A stretch of DNA of 64,000 nucleotides, from contig CM060734.1 in assembly GCA_030704615.1 (NCBI GenBank), forward strand, positions 36,580,001 through 36,644,000, given 5' to 3'. Made by a program: the position numbers and the translations under genes. Source of the DNA: Takakia lepidozioides. Its lineage: Eukaryota > Plantae > Bryophyta. Shown piece by piece: positions 1 through 13,307 of this stretch (within the stretch, counting starts at the first letter, position 1; each line of letters begins with the position of its first letter). The notes beneath the pieces were generated by a model that was not told the DNA's origin, made no database searches, and saw only the letters and a list, made by a program, of their open reading frames with translations.

Positions 1-1029
1 GCATGACCATTTAGATGAACTTATTAACTCTAACTCTTTGCTCAGATAAGCTCATGCTTCAATTCCCACTTATTGACAATCCGTTAAATATGACTCCATA
101 TCCATCTTCTTTCACTCAATTCTTGTAGTTGGTGCCGACTACATGAGATGGACATGTTGGATAAACATTTTTGCCAGTAGCATTTCCGAACACACAAACT
201 ATATACCCACTGGATTATATTGCTGACATGGCCAAAATAACCTGCACCAAAATAAATGTCATCGAAATTTATATTCTCATGGGTTCACACTTGATTGTTT
301 GAAGTACGGATGCAGAGGCAACGTGCTCATCTTCTTGAAATCATTAAAGTCGGTGCCGACTATAAGGTTTTGGGCCTGCATTGGTCAGAGGATATGCTTT
401 CTGCACTTGTTCCAGTTTTTGGATGAAATCAACATTTGTTGGTACCTGCATTTCCGTTCTGATTTCCTTATAGTCGTTGTCGACTATCTATACTGTCTTA
501 GATTCGGACGACGGCTGTGAGGGAATGTCCCTTCACCTCAACGCATATGTGAATATATCGTATTTTTCATTTCAGAAAGTCGTAGCGGATCATATTGTGT
601 TGGTGCTCAATAACCGAAATTCCCATTCATGTATCATTAAAGTCGTTGCCGACTTTAAGGTTACTGGGCAAACATCAAATGACATGTCCAACCACTTTCC
701 AACTAATCAAAACAGCTAAAGCACAACACGCCATACAAAATTTAGAAATTGGAAGGTACAATTTGTTTTTATTCTTCATAGTCGTTGCCGACCTCAATGT
801 ATATAGCCTCGTTAATCTCTCTTTATGTTACTTTGAAGAGAGAGATAAAAAATTGAATCACAGCATTGTGGTTGAGAATTTTTGTTTTCATAAACCCTGA
901 AGTTTATGACAACTCTGTTGTGACTCCTTAAACTGATCTAATTTTAGGGTTATCTTCTAAGTTTGTACAATAAGAACGTGTCTACGCAATTGATCACTTG
1001 TGCGTAACGACACCGTTCATTTTTAAAAA

Positions 1030-1618
1030 AAAAACTAGGTGCAACCGCTGAAATTCAACGGTCGCATGTAATTCATAAAAAAACAAATAGAAGCGGCCGC
1101 CGAATTTTCGGCGGTTGCTTATATTAAAAAAAAAAAACAAAAAAAAACAAGCGCTTGTCGAAATTTAGCGATCGTTTGTATTTAAGAAAATAAATTAATA
1201 CTTGCGACCGCCAAATTTTGGCGGTCGCTTATATTTTATTAGAAAAAACAGACGACCGCCGATTGCGACCGTCACTTGTATTTTTAAAAATAAATAAATA
1301 CATGCAATCTCCGTATTAAGGCGGTCGTTAAATAAATCAATAAATACATATGACCACCGAATTTCGATGGTCGTTTGTATTTAAGAAATAATTAAATACG
1401 TGTGACCGCCGAAAGTCATCGTCGTATATTTGTTTAAAAAAAAATAGGCGACCGTCGATATTTTTTTATCGCTTAGATTTAAGATATAGAACAAATACAA
1501 GCGACCGCCGAAGTGTATTTCTTTTAAGAAAAAATATATGCGACCGTCAAATTTTGGCGGTCGCTTGTATTATATAAAACATATAAATACAGACGACCGC
1601 CGAAGGTGATCTGTAGTG
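1030..1618. mobile_element. CACTA (En/Spm)-type transposon end with subterminal palindromic repeat array
   Basis: ~14 degenerate gcgaccgccgaaatttnggcggtcgc hairpin units separated by A/T spacers; the array ends at ...gatcTGTAGTG (reverse complement CACTACA) at 1612-1618. Confidence 0.65.
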
Positions 1619-3677
1619 TGAATGTGTGGGGGGTTACACCATCCACTAAATTTCTTTTTGACATTTGTCTTGTAGAAAATTGAGATTTTTATGCAGATGG
1701 GTTGCAGGATGGAAATCATCCGCTGCATTTGTAACTTAAGGTGATGAAGGGTAAGCAGAGAAGGACAAGATTGAAGCTGCAGGGGGAGTGCTGGCAGGCC
1801 CGACACCTAAGTGCACGATCTGTATTCCGATTCTTGATTTTTGGCTCAAGGCCCGATTTAGAAGCAGTAATGTGGAGAGATAAGGGGTGATTAGAGAGGC
1901 AGCTTGGTAATCTGAGCTGATGCGTGATGCCGTCATGGTAGTTATGATCGGTGGAAACCTACCCTGTTGGAGGATAAAGCGCTGGGGGGCGGTGAAGAAT
2001 TCGAGCGCCGAGCTTTGATGGATCCAGTTTGGGGGTGCATCGATGAGAGCAGTAGTAATAGAGGTTGAGCTTACGCTGTCAGAAGAAGCTGCGGTGCCAA
2101 ACCTTTATAAATTTAACCGCTCATCTGCTCACCACCGCTCATCTCCCAACCCAAAGCTCGCTTGAATTTCTCGTAATTCAACAATTGACAGGGCAGTGAT
2201 GCGAGCCAAGACATGACCCTTATTTATGGTCATAAGAAATCTTTCAGGATTAGCAATCAATAACTTGACTTCTTACCTATATCCTCGGTCAATGACTAAT
2301 GTAGCAACTAAACAATGCTTTAGGGCAGTAAGCCTTCTCTAACCCTTAACTTCAAGGAAATGAGCAGCTGGGCATAAGAAGGCTAAGCCAGATTTAACTA
2401 TCTTTTAGATCATAACATGAATCGTGATATTAGTAGGAGTACGGATCATAGTAGAATTTCTGGGTATGGTTATGGGCACCCCTGTCCTGCTACCAGAATG
2501 AAACTTGTGGGCCCTGTGCCTTGTTTCTTCCACATATGGTTGCTAGAGGCAAATGCTCAGGGTCAATGCCAGACTGCCCCTCTGAAACTACCAGGTTATG
2601 ATGCAAAAGACACAGAAACTTCAAGCTGAATGTAAATAACATCCCCTTCCATATTAGTGGTGCAACTAGAGACTGTAGTATTGGCCGCCCTAACGTGCAA
2701 GAGTCAAATATTAGAGAGAAAACGCGGCAACAAGCAAGAATGCCGCAAATGTGACCAACCATTATCGTTAAAAGATATTAGAAAGCAAACTGCCCTAACA
2801 AGATTAGTCTGCACTATACTTAAGCAGCCAGGAACACCAAAATAGACAAGAAATAGCGCCAGAGAATACCCGTGCAGCTACCCGTCGAGACTCCACCACA
2901 AATTGGACTCAAAGAATATGCTCATTTCCTCTCAAAAGTCGGTTTTTCACATTAGGGGGGTAAGCAAAAAAAGATAGCAATGCACAAGAGAAGGATCAAC
3001 GAGGGATCTCTGACACCAAAGCTCTCATCCGCAGCATGTTCAAGATCTCACATACACCATAACACCAGAGTATACCAATCTGTCTAACACAAGTCAGACC
3101 GCTGTTTATACATAAACCCTAGGTGCCTTGCAATCTGCCGCGTGGCGAGGCGTTATAGGCTGAGCACGCGGCGACTCTTTCCGGCCATAGATTAATTGGA
3201 CGACCAAGATGAAGCCAACATCTAAACTAATCCCTGACTAAACTATGAGTGTTTGGTTTAACGGTGCACTAAGGTGGAAAAATATACTGGATGAATGAGT
3301 ATAGACGGATGGATGAAATAAGAAAAATAGTTACTAGGAGGAAATGGGCCTTCACATGCCATCTCTGAATTGAAGATTTATGTGAGACATTGGGGGTAAT
3401 TTCCAATTGTCAACCCTTCATGAAGATACAAATTAATAAAAAACAGTTCAACGAGTGCTGTTGCCAAACATGCTACTTTTGGAGATAAGATACACAAACA
3501 ACAGTGTCCTGAATGCACTCTGGGAGAAGATTTCGAGTCATTTTTGGATTTGTTTGATACATAGTTATAACTTATCAGCATCACGTCGGTTTTACGGATT
3601 TATTAGAGAAAAAATTAAAGGTAAAATGTGTCGCTTCAGCTGTCACGTCGCCATATTTTATTTTGTATTTTGAAATA

Positions 3678-4208
3678 CCTACGACTACCAATATCGGTGG
3701 TCAAATCATTTTCTTTCTTAAACAAATGCATACGACCACCAATATTGGCGTTCACAACAATTTATTTATATATGCATGCTACCGTCAATATTGGCAGTCG
3801 TAACATTTTATTTTATTTATATATACATGTGACCGCCAATATTGGCGGTCGTATGTTTTTTATTTTTTTAATAAAAAAAAATAATGCGTGCAATTGCCAA
3901 CATGTTGGCAGTCACAATTATAAAAAAAAAACGTACAACCACCAATATTCACGGTTGCATGTTTTTAAAAAAAATACGTACGACGGCAGTATGTTATTTT
4001 TATTATTTTTAGATGCATGCGACCGCCAATATTGGAGAACATAAACAAATAACAAATTAAAAAAAAGTTTTTTTTTGATGAGTGCAATGGCCAATATTGG
4101 CGGTCGCATGTTTTGTTTTTTGAAAACAAATGCCTACGACCGTCAATATTGCCGTCAGATGTTTTTTTTCATTTTTAGAAATGTCTACGACCACCGAGCC
4201 GAGCTGTC
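3678..4208. repeat. Second palindromic array (gcgaccgccAATATTggcggtcgc), probable decayed CACTA-type end
   Basis: ~13 units with a period of ~37-45 bp. Ends gaccaccgagccgagctgt, resembling the 1595-1614 end but lacking the final AGTG. Confidence 0.6.
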
Positions 4209-4624
4209 ATTCAAGAAGGGATTATTCGCACGCTTGATGGTGTCATTACTCCTTCCATTTCTCTGTGTGCAACCTTTATTGTTTTAATAGGCAAGAAAGA
4301 TGGATCCACTCGTTTTTGTGTTAACTTTCGTCATTGGAATGCTATCACTAAGTGTAATGTCTACCATTTATCTTGAATCAATCACACTCTGGATCAATTG
4401 AATGGGGCCACTATTTTTTATTTTTTTTAAATTTTCCGCAGGGAAATATTGGGGGTGGGGGCAGAAGTGGTGTGCGTTGACGCACTCAATTTTAGAGGCT
4501 CGTTAACCAAACCCGATGAAAAAACAAACTACCTTTCATAACGAGACATCGTTTGCTTGTCCAGATTTAAGAACTGAGTATACATGTTTACAAACAAGGC
4601 AGCCCTTTCCGACTTTGCGGAAAA

Positions 4625-6430
4625 TTACTCGATATTGCCAATGTCTCGCTGCAAAAGTGTCCGTACCTCACCAGGACCAAGTGTCACCTGGTGAATGATT
4701 TGGTCTCTTTTGGGATCACAATACATCATGCGCAAAAAGATGTAGTAAAGATGCTTGCAGGGAACCCATTTCCCTCTCTTTCCTAGACCTTCCTCACGCA
4801 TACACACGAAGTCGGGACGGGTACACCCCGGAAAATTCCCCACCGTCACCTGATAGGCACTGTCGTGCAAAACAGACCCAGATGTGACCAAAGTATAAAC
4901 CCGTCCATACCCAGGTGAAGGTACTTCCATAGTTCCCATTACCCGAGCCTGAAGTAGTCTGGCCGATTCCACCTTCACATCGTGATCAGGCCCCAAAGCC
5001 ACCCAATGCACTGTTTTGCCATTCCTTCTCGTGGGATGCGAAGTATCGTCTTGAGGAGGCACCATAGCAGCAAGACCACCAAGAGTCGACGCCATAGATC
5101 GGTGCAGACGAAAGTCGGCGTCCTCCAACTTGCCAATCTCCAGTGCTGTTAGGGAGGTTCCCACCCACACTGGCCAAATGGTGGGTGGGGGAGGCTTAGC
5201 AATGCAGGAGTCGCGGACGGTACCATTCACACAGCAAGCCATATCGTCCGGGCAGAACCAGAATTTGTGCATCTTCGACTCCTTTGACATATATGGCCGA
5301 ATCAAACCTGTGAACGTCGGAGCTGGAGTACCCGCTGAGCCTTTGGCTATCCTGGACTTACACTTTTCATAACTAATGGCCCTCACTGCAGCGCAGCCAA
5401 CTCTAGACCCTGGAGTAGTTCGCTCGATGTGCCATTCAGAGTCAGCACAAGGTGACTCCTGCACTGCCCCCTTGTGGTCCTGCTGGAAACCCGCAATTAC
5501 AGGGGTTGCAGGTAGAGGACAGGTCTCTGTGGAAGAGGATGCACCAGCAGCCTCTTTCCTACTGGACGCCATGCTTTGTAGTGGAGAAATCTTGGGTATA
5601 GAGAAGTTGTCTCTGTCATGGCGATGTGAATCCCCATCTGATCCTGGAGGTGTATTTAGCTTGCGTTTGCAAGTCCCAAACATTTCCTCTCCTTCCAGAT
5701 GGGGCGAGCCCATTATGCACCTGTTCACTGCCTTTGCCATCTTCGTTGGATCCCCGGACCTTCTTGCAGCCCTCAGCATCAACTCTGCTGTATCTGGACC
5801 CTTGCCCCCACATCGCCCCCTGAGGAAGTCACGATATCTTGTTTGCTGGGTTAAAGCTCGTACCAGATCATCTGTTGTAGCAATGTACAGATCTCTTCCT
5901 GCTTTGCCAGATTGCTGCTTCCAGGCCGCCAGGTTGCAGGACGGCATGTCCGCAATGTCCTCAAGGGACATGTCATGTGAAAGGAAAATGAAAGAGCGTC
6001 ATTCATGCAAGCGCGGACTGTTCTGGGAACAAAGAAAGAAACTGGGCACATACAAGGGATTGGAGAGGTGAAATGCAGCTTACAGTAGTCATGAAAGCCC
6101 CCCATTGCCTGTATTTGAAGTGCCAGAAGACCAACCAGTCTTCCAATTCTTTGACACCGTCCTGATCAGTAGCCCCTGACGAGAACCACCATGCTCTCAC
6201 TGTCTGGTACATGGTCTCAGCCTCTTCCATTGTAGTCGCATTCTTGTACATGAAGCAGAGCCTCATGTGCTTCGCCTGCAGATCTCTTCTGATGCACCTC
6301 TTCGTATGTTTCTACAGGGACTGAGTCCAGTGGAATAGACATGTGCACTCCCTATTAGGCATGGGAACCTTTGGATCACCAGATCCAAAAACTCGGCGCA
6401 CAGAGTTGAAGTTAGCCTGGGGGGTTGCTA
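4625..6430 (-). mobile_element. Degenerate MULE-like transposase gene with C-terminal SWIM zinc finger
   Basis: 6083-6430 gives QANFNSVRRVFGSGD..CTCLFHWTQSL (MULE-type CxFH) and WLVFWHFKYRQWG, with a stop; donor GTAAGC at ~6082 but the acceptor reads CAT. The 448-aa ORF ends in GCTRPDF..PCKH (SWIM, second Cys lost). Confidence 0.65.
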
Positions 6431-6993
6431 TTCCATATGCACAAGTTGCGTGCATGCATGCACAAAATCCCTTATTATATATGCATGTGACAAATTTGTA
6501 TGCACACATTGTAGATTGTATGCAGTGGAGTTATATAACATAGAATACGACGTATTTATTGCATATGCAAATGTTACATCATATGTATATAGAAAAATAT
6601 ATTTTTTTTAGCTAACAAAATCAGTAGTCAATGGTCAAAGATGCATGTGACCCTTAACTCCAACTAATGCACCACCTTAAACTGAAGAGAATACAAGATC
6701 CCTGGCCAAAGTAATAGTTTGCAAACTTGTATTCAAGGAAAACAGTTTCATATTAACCAAAATATGGACTTTTGTACTAACAAATGCATATGTGTCATGT
6801 TTGAGAAAAAATTAATTTGAAAACTTGTATGACAGGTACACAAGTTCCATTTTAACCAAAATAGGAACTTCTGTACTAACAAATGCATATGTGTCATGTT
6901 TGGAATAAAGTAGTAACAAGATAATTACATGTCACATGCATGAAAATGAACGGCACAAGTTAGAGGTTCTTTTTTTGTGCATTTCATGTGTCA

Positions 6994-8260
6994 TTAAGAA
7001 GTTGAACTAGGGTCCTTCTTTAACATAGCCCTAACCTCTAACTGGCTAAAGGAAGGTAGGTGGATCTCATAAGCCCAGGCGCATCCTAGATGCGCGTTGT
7101 ACATGAAGTACATGTGCTTACAAGGTAGATATGTTTGTTTTTTCTTCTTGACAGATAGCTCATCAAAGTTGGGACAATCACAAGATGGAAACTGACCAAT
7201 GTATACATTGTAAGCCAATCCTGCTCTGGTAGATCCCTCTGTTTGTAGCTGGTAAATTCTTCCATAACCTGGCTGAGGCACGTTTCTGAATCCACGAACC
7301 TCAGCAATAAGAGTCTCCGCTGACTCTTGGCGACTCAAGTGTCGAGGAGTCGGATCCCGACGCCGAATGCGCACCCCATAGCGTGTAGTAGGATACTTAC
7401 CCACATGAAGGACCACACCTTGATGAATATGTTGTTCTATTGGAAGTGGTCCCACAGGGAAGTTCGGTTCAGGAACGTTGGGAGGATGGACTAGTCGAAA
7501 ACCTGCAAGGGTCAAGTTGTCCACTTCTTCTTGTGTAAGGTTGGTTCCAACCTTCACAGGTATACCCGGTTTTCCCAAGCAACAGGATGGCATGGTCCCT
7601 CTAACACACGACAAAACATCTGTGGGGCAAAACCAAAAAACTTGCAGTTTTGGTTCTTTGATGTTCGGTGCTAGTAACTTGCCAGTGAAGCAAGGTGCAG
7701 GACTTCCTTTACCTTTCCTGATGAGCGCTTTGCATTTATCCTTGGAGACTCCAACCAAGGCAGAACAACGAACCATGGAAGCATGACCTGTCCGCTGAAT
7801 CCTGAACAATGCATCGGAAAAGTCTTGTGTCTCTCTCACTGGATTTCCCCATTGCATTGGCTGAGGAGGGATAGCAACATGTGGATTTGACTCACAGAAA
7901 GTCGAAGAACCAGGAATGTCATGATTTGATTTGGAGCTGACAAACCTAGATGGCTGGTGTGGACTAGGCATCCCAGTGGCGCGCACTGGAACGGACTTTA
8001 CATTCATATCACACCTCCAAGATTCGTTTGGCCCACCATGCTCATCGCCTAACTTGCGTTTGACTAGAACAGTTCGATTGTCTCCCTCCAATTGAACCCC
8101 TCTTGTGTGCATGGGTGTTCCAGCTACTATGCCACGTACAACCTTACCCATTTTTGCTGGGCTATTGGATCTAGCTGCTTGACGCAACATGAGCTCCTCT
8201 TTGTCGAGCCCCGTCCCCCATGTCTTTCCTGTGGTGTGCCTGTAAAATGTTGCCTGCTGC
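6994..8260 (-). mobile_element. 5'-truncated paralogous SWIM-finger ORF of the same MULE-like family
   Basis: Colinear with 4625-5971: ELMLRxAxRS, PAPxFTG, FWFCPxD..CVxGT, VGTxLT, PGYGRxY, and SWIM CDCPNF..PCKHMY. Confidence 0.65.
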
Positions 8261-8789
8261 ATGTCAAGTTAAATAAACACAGTGTGAAACTAGCTAGAAA
8301 AGCTAGTTATTTATATTTAACACTTGGATTTAGTTCAAGTGTTAAGTCAAGTGTCAAGTTTAGCTTGATACCTGAACTATCTTATCTTCACGAGAGCGTC
8401 AGTCGTGCGGCTCATCTCTCTCGAGTTGAGCCTGCACGACCGAACTCCTTCACTGCTTAGAATCTAAGTGTGCTTATGAAGGGAGAATATGATGTTGTGG
8501 GGTGGAGTCCCCATAGCTTGGGGTGCCCCTGGCTCAACTCGTAGTTTTAATGAGTGATTGTGTTGTATTGAGTGTTTCTGTGTCAACAGTGTGATTTTAG
8601 TTTTCAATCACTCGAGAGAGATCAGCTTGCATCTGTGAGTGCCAGAGGTGAGTTTAGTTTACGCACTTGTGGTTTTTGTTTTGAAAGTGAGAGAAGAAAA
8701 TTATGGTGGTTTGTAGATTATGTTTGTGACAAGCTTCATCCCTAGACTTAGCTGCTGGTTTTTGGCAAGTACCCTTGACCGGAGCAGGC

Positions 8790-11095
8790 AAGGAAAAAAC
8801 GGCTTTCACTTGTAGAATGTGGATGTATCAATTTAAGACAATGCCCTTTGGGCTGTGCAATGCAATGACCACTTTCTAGCGCTTAATGGATGTCGTGTTA
8901 GGCAATTTACGATAGGAATGCGTTGAGGTGTATATTGATGATATCAATGTGTATTCATCCGGCTTTGAGGCTCACCTAATGGATTTGCAAAGAGTTTTGT
9001 GCAGACTCATGGCCGTTGGACTTAGCAGCTGACACCAAATAAATCTTCCGTTGCCTTTGATTCGTCATCCGGGTCATGTCTATGTCGTAGTCCGAGTCCA
9101 CATCCAGCTCTTCTTATTTCTTCATTGTCTCTTCCAAGTCGGACGTTTCAGCTGCATCGTCCCATGAGCCTCATCATTTTCCATGGAATGCAGTGTTAGG
9201 GGAAGGATTACATGGGGACGTTGACATGGTGATGATTTTTATTTTTTATTTTTTTTTAAATAAACTCGTGACCAACAGAAAAAACGGTTCCGATATTTAT
9301 AAATTTTACTAAATCCGAGACCGCCAGAGACGACGGTCCTGATTTTTTCAGTATTTTATTTGTATTCATTAAATTCGGGATCCACCAGAAATGACGATCT
9401 CGTTTTTTTTAATTATACAAATTTTTCTTTAAATTCGGGACAGCCAGAGGTAGCGGTCTCGATTTTTTTTAATTCCTTTTGAAAAACAAATCCGGGTCTG
9501 CCAAATAACGCGGTCTCGAAATAAGTTCGTTACGAATCGGAACCGCCGAAGTTGGCGGTCCCGATTTGATAATATTTTTCTGAAATTCTGATACTGTCAG
9601 AGCTTATGCTTCTGAATTTATTAGGTAATTTCTTAAAAATCGGGATCGCCAGCGATGACGGTACCGATTAATTAAGTAATTTCTTGAAAATTTGGGACCA
9701 CGTAAGCTAGCGATCCGGATTTATTAATATTTTCTTAACAATTTAGGATCGTTAAATACAACAATACAAATATTTTGAATAAATAAAATAAAAAATGGGA
9801 CCACTAAATAAGTCACGGCGGCTTACATGATACTATGATAAACTATATAATGTAAAGGTTTAAAATTTAAAAAATAATTACACAACGTAAAGTCAGTTTT
9901 TGAGGTGACGTGGTGCACATCAGGACTAGTAACTAGGTGCAAATTTAGGATGTTAAAGAGCACGCGGTGGCTTATGCCTCTTGCCGACTAGACAAACATG
10001 AAATGAATTATTCTATCACTGATAAAAGAAGCCCTTGCTGTGATCTTTGATGTTAAGTACTTTTGCCAATACCTTTACTGTGAAAACCGACCATTTGCCC
10101 TTAAAAGCTTTACATACTCCCTGGGAACTAACTGGTCGTCTTGCAATGTAGGCTATTATTCTTCAGGGCAATGACTTCAAGACCACATATATAAGCGTGA
10201 CAATGACAACACTAATGCCGATGTCTTAACTCGAGTGAGCACCTTACACTACATTAGATGACTTGTTGTTCCAATGCCTCGTCCATCCCCTGCAGTTGCT
10301 GATGTTTTGTTTGATGCTACTGTCTTGCTTAACCTATTTGATGGTCCAGTCTTACCTGCTGACATTCTTAGCAGCTGGGACCTCATTTAGCTTGATGCTG
10401 GCCGACCGAGTCTGTTTTGGTATTCGTAGTCATATATGGATGACATTCATGGGTTTCTGTTACTATGTTCTTGGACCTGTTATTGCTCTTTCTCTTCTTT
10501 TCTTGGCACATAGTCTCTATCATTCCAGACCAGGGAACAAGCTGTGCTTCAAGGTCTACTTGCGGCCACCATTGAAACAAAGTCATGAATATTAAAGAGA
10601 AGACACCGGAGGCAGACATTTTCTTTACACCCGCATAAAATATTTTCCTGTTGTGTGACTATGAGATGGATGACTCTCTCCACGCTGCTTTGCTCCACAA
10701 GTGCCAGACCGGCACTCACCTAGGTGATACATCCAAACATCTTATGCGTCAGGAAAACTATCATCTTTCTTCTCACCGAGAGGTTGAAGGGAAGTTGCGC
10801 AAGATCATTGATTTGGAAGATCATAAGACCGTGGAAATTCCCTTATGTCCTCGATGCCAGGATGCTTGAGATATTCTATTTTTCTCTATTTGCGGGACGC
10901 TTTGGTGTAGAGAAACTGTCAAATGGTTACAAGAATAGTTCATTGGAAGGACTTGGTGAAAGATGTATCTTCTTTCATTGCGAAGTGTGGGCCTTGTCAT
11001 TCTAAGACGATCTTATCTAGAACCCAAGTTCCAGTACCTTTACAACCCATTCCTGTGACTGAACCTTTCACAAGAGTGGGCCTTGATCTTGCAGC
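8790..11095 (+). mobile_element. Decayed Ty3/Gypsy pol (RT, RNase H, integrase), interrupted by an insertion
   Basis: TAFTC..YQFKTMPFGLCNA..VYIDDI (8800-8950); VAYAS..EMNYSITDK/EALAV (9965-10045); H-C-C zinc-finger remnant WKDLVKDVSSFIAKCGPC and PLQPIPVTEPFTRVGLDL (10940-11090). Many stops and frameshifts. Confidence 0.85.
9270..9805. repeat. Third palindromic array (atcgggaccgcc..ggcggtcccgat) within the insertion that splits the Gypsy pol
   Basis: ~10 hairpin units with a period of ~50-60 bp and A/T spacers, located between the RT and RNase H remnants. Confidence 0.65.
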
Positions 11096-13307
11096 GATGC
11101 AATCGCGTGAGCCCACGCTCACAATCGTTGTTCATATGCTCACACTTAGACACTAATTTGGGAGTGCAAACTCATGATTAACGAATCGTAAGCCCAATAT
11201 TCTGATAGATGTTCCAACTAAGACCCTATTCATGTGAACCTATTATACACTTATGACCATATTTCTGTTGATTTATTTGCAATAAAAATTATAAAATACA
11301 GTGTTTATGGTGAGCAGAGATAGTTTATATAGAGTATTTGTTGAAGACAAGGTTTCATCTGCTACAGCGCTTCCCCAGACCACTATGTTTGGACCGAGCT
11401 CCCACTGGGTTTCTGGAGAGCCCTCCGCTCCACCCTCCATTGCATCCGCAGAGTTCGAACGTGATATTAATTGGAAGCACATTAAGGCCTCTACAAAGCC
11501 CTCGCGGCTTAACTACATATATGCTAATTCTATGAAGTCAAGATACATTGATGTTAGGGCCTGTTTTTGGTTACTCTGCAGCTAAGCCATCATCTGTCGA
11601 TTTCCTACAGTTGTGAAGTCAATATGCATTGATATCATGGCTCTTTAGGTTTCTTTGCAGCTCAATCATCACCTGATGGTTTCTTCCAATAGAGACTTAG
11701 AGCTGTTTCCTTCTCTGATTTTCGGTTGGTCTCGTCTTCACCTCTTTGATGGGTCAAGGTCACTGTTATCGGTGTGTGTGCCTTATGGCGTAATAGGGGT
11801 TTTAATTTTTCTCCCCGAATAATCCCAAATAACTTGTAAGGGCTTTTTGTCCCCCCAAAATATTTTATAATAAAGTTAACCAGGGCTACAACCCCCTATT
11901 AATTTTTTTTCTTTAAAAAAAAATGTATGTACATTCATAACATATGCCATACTATGACATATTTGGCATTGTGATGTTAGGGCATAACATGTGATGGTAC
12001 ATGGATACATCCACCTTAGGTATGCCATTGCCCATGTATGGGATAAGCACGACTCACATTGTGCATCGTGGCATGCCAGTTATGGCACATAGGCAAAATG
12101 AACTAGTGAAATAGATGAGGTGCAAATGGGCCACTGGCCTTAGCAAACATCCCATTTGATCTACTTACATTTCAAGAATATTTCTTCATATTCTTGACAT
12201 GTGGTTCAGATAGAAAAGCCTTGGGCCCGCCCAAGAAGGGGTTGTGGGTCGCACCCTATGCCCGGTCTGAGTGGGGTGACCCTAGCTTCCCATTCTGAAT
12301 GTGAGACACCGTGATAAACAAGGGGGCAGTGGAAACTGAGAGGCCTGGCGAGGGAAATCTACATATTGAGGGGATGGATTCAGTCACAAATTCATGAGGA
12401 CCTTCCTAACTTGACTCTCAACATCGGGACTTGTTTTCCATAAAACACACCCAAGGTTTTTCCCAAAACCAAAAAGGTGGTAAATGACTGAAAATGTATG
12501 TTCCCTGGATCACTACAAAGGAGATATAACCAAATCGTGTCTGAAAACTCTGAAAAATTAGGAGAAGGTGGCCAACATCATCATGAGGTATGTCCACGGT
12601 GAAATTTAACTCAATTGGCCCAACCCTTTAGAAATTTCAATAAAATTGGTGAAATTTTTTCCTACTCTACGCGGGTTCCATAAACTTTTCATGCTAAAAA
12701 AAAGATTTAAGATTCCAATTTCTACGGCCACATGTCTTGCAAATTTAGGTGAAGATGGGGAATAAAATTAACAACATGATTAGATGGTGGATGTTTGTAG
12801 ATATGTGCGAAGTCTTAGTTATAAAATAAAAAGATGGCATGAGGTTCAGGTTTTGCAGATTTTTGTGAAAAAGTCCTTGGTGGAGGGTGGTTGCCCTGGT
12901 TATGGCGGTTAGAAGGTGTCCACCTGCAAAGGACATTCATATACAGTATTTTTTCCAAGATCACATGGCTATCACACTTCTCACCAAAACGCCAACCCCT
13001 CCCGTTTGCAGGCCCACCAACCACATGCCTTGTTGTTATTCGCGTTCTTCTTTCCCTTCCTCCCCAGAACCACCAATCTACTTTATTTCTCCATGCCGAA
13101 CGAATTTGTGTACCCATATCGTAATGCATATTATTTCCTTCAGATTGCTTGCCAAAACTCCAAGAATGCCATTCTACTGATATAGTTGGCAATTCTTCAA
13201 TACAAGAGGACCACACCAGGAGAACTGTTTACTCCAGACACTCTCCGTGTCTTCGTATTGGTGACAACAACAATGTTGAGTTTTCAGGTCTAGATGAAAT
13301 GCCAGGG

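Noticed and set aside
1030-1618. CRISPR-like repeat-spacer appearance (also 3678-4208 and 9270-9805)
   Set aside because: Eukaryotic context, degenerate repeats, low-complexity similar spacers, no cas genes, and a CACTA terminus present.
5376-6071. 231-aa plus-strand ORF
   Set aside because: Antisense to the SWIM ORF, with no recognisable motifs.
8262-8640. Possible 5' LTR of the Gypsy relic (starts TG where the SWIM ORF is cut)
   Set aside because: No second LTR or convincing PBS in the window.
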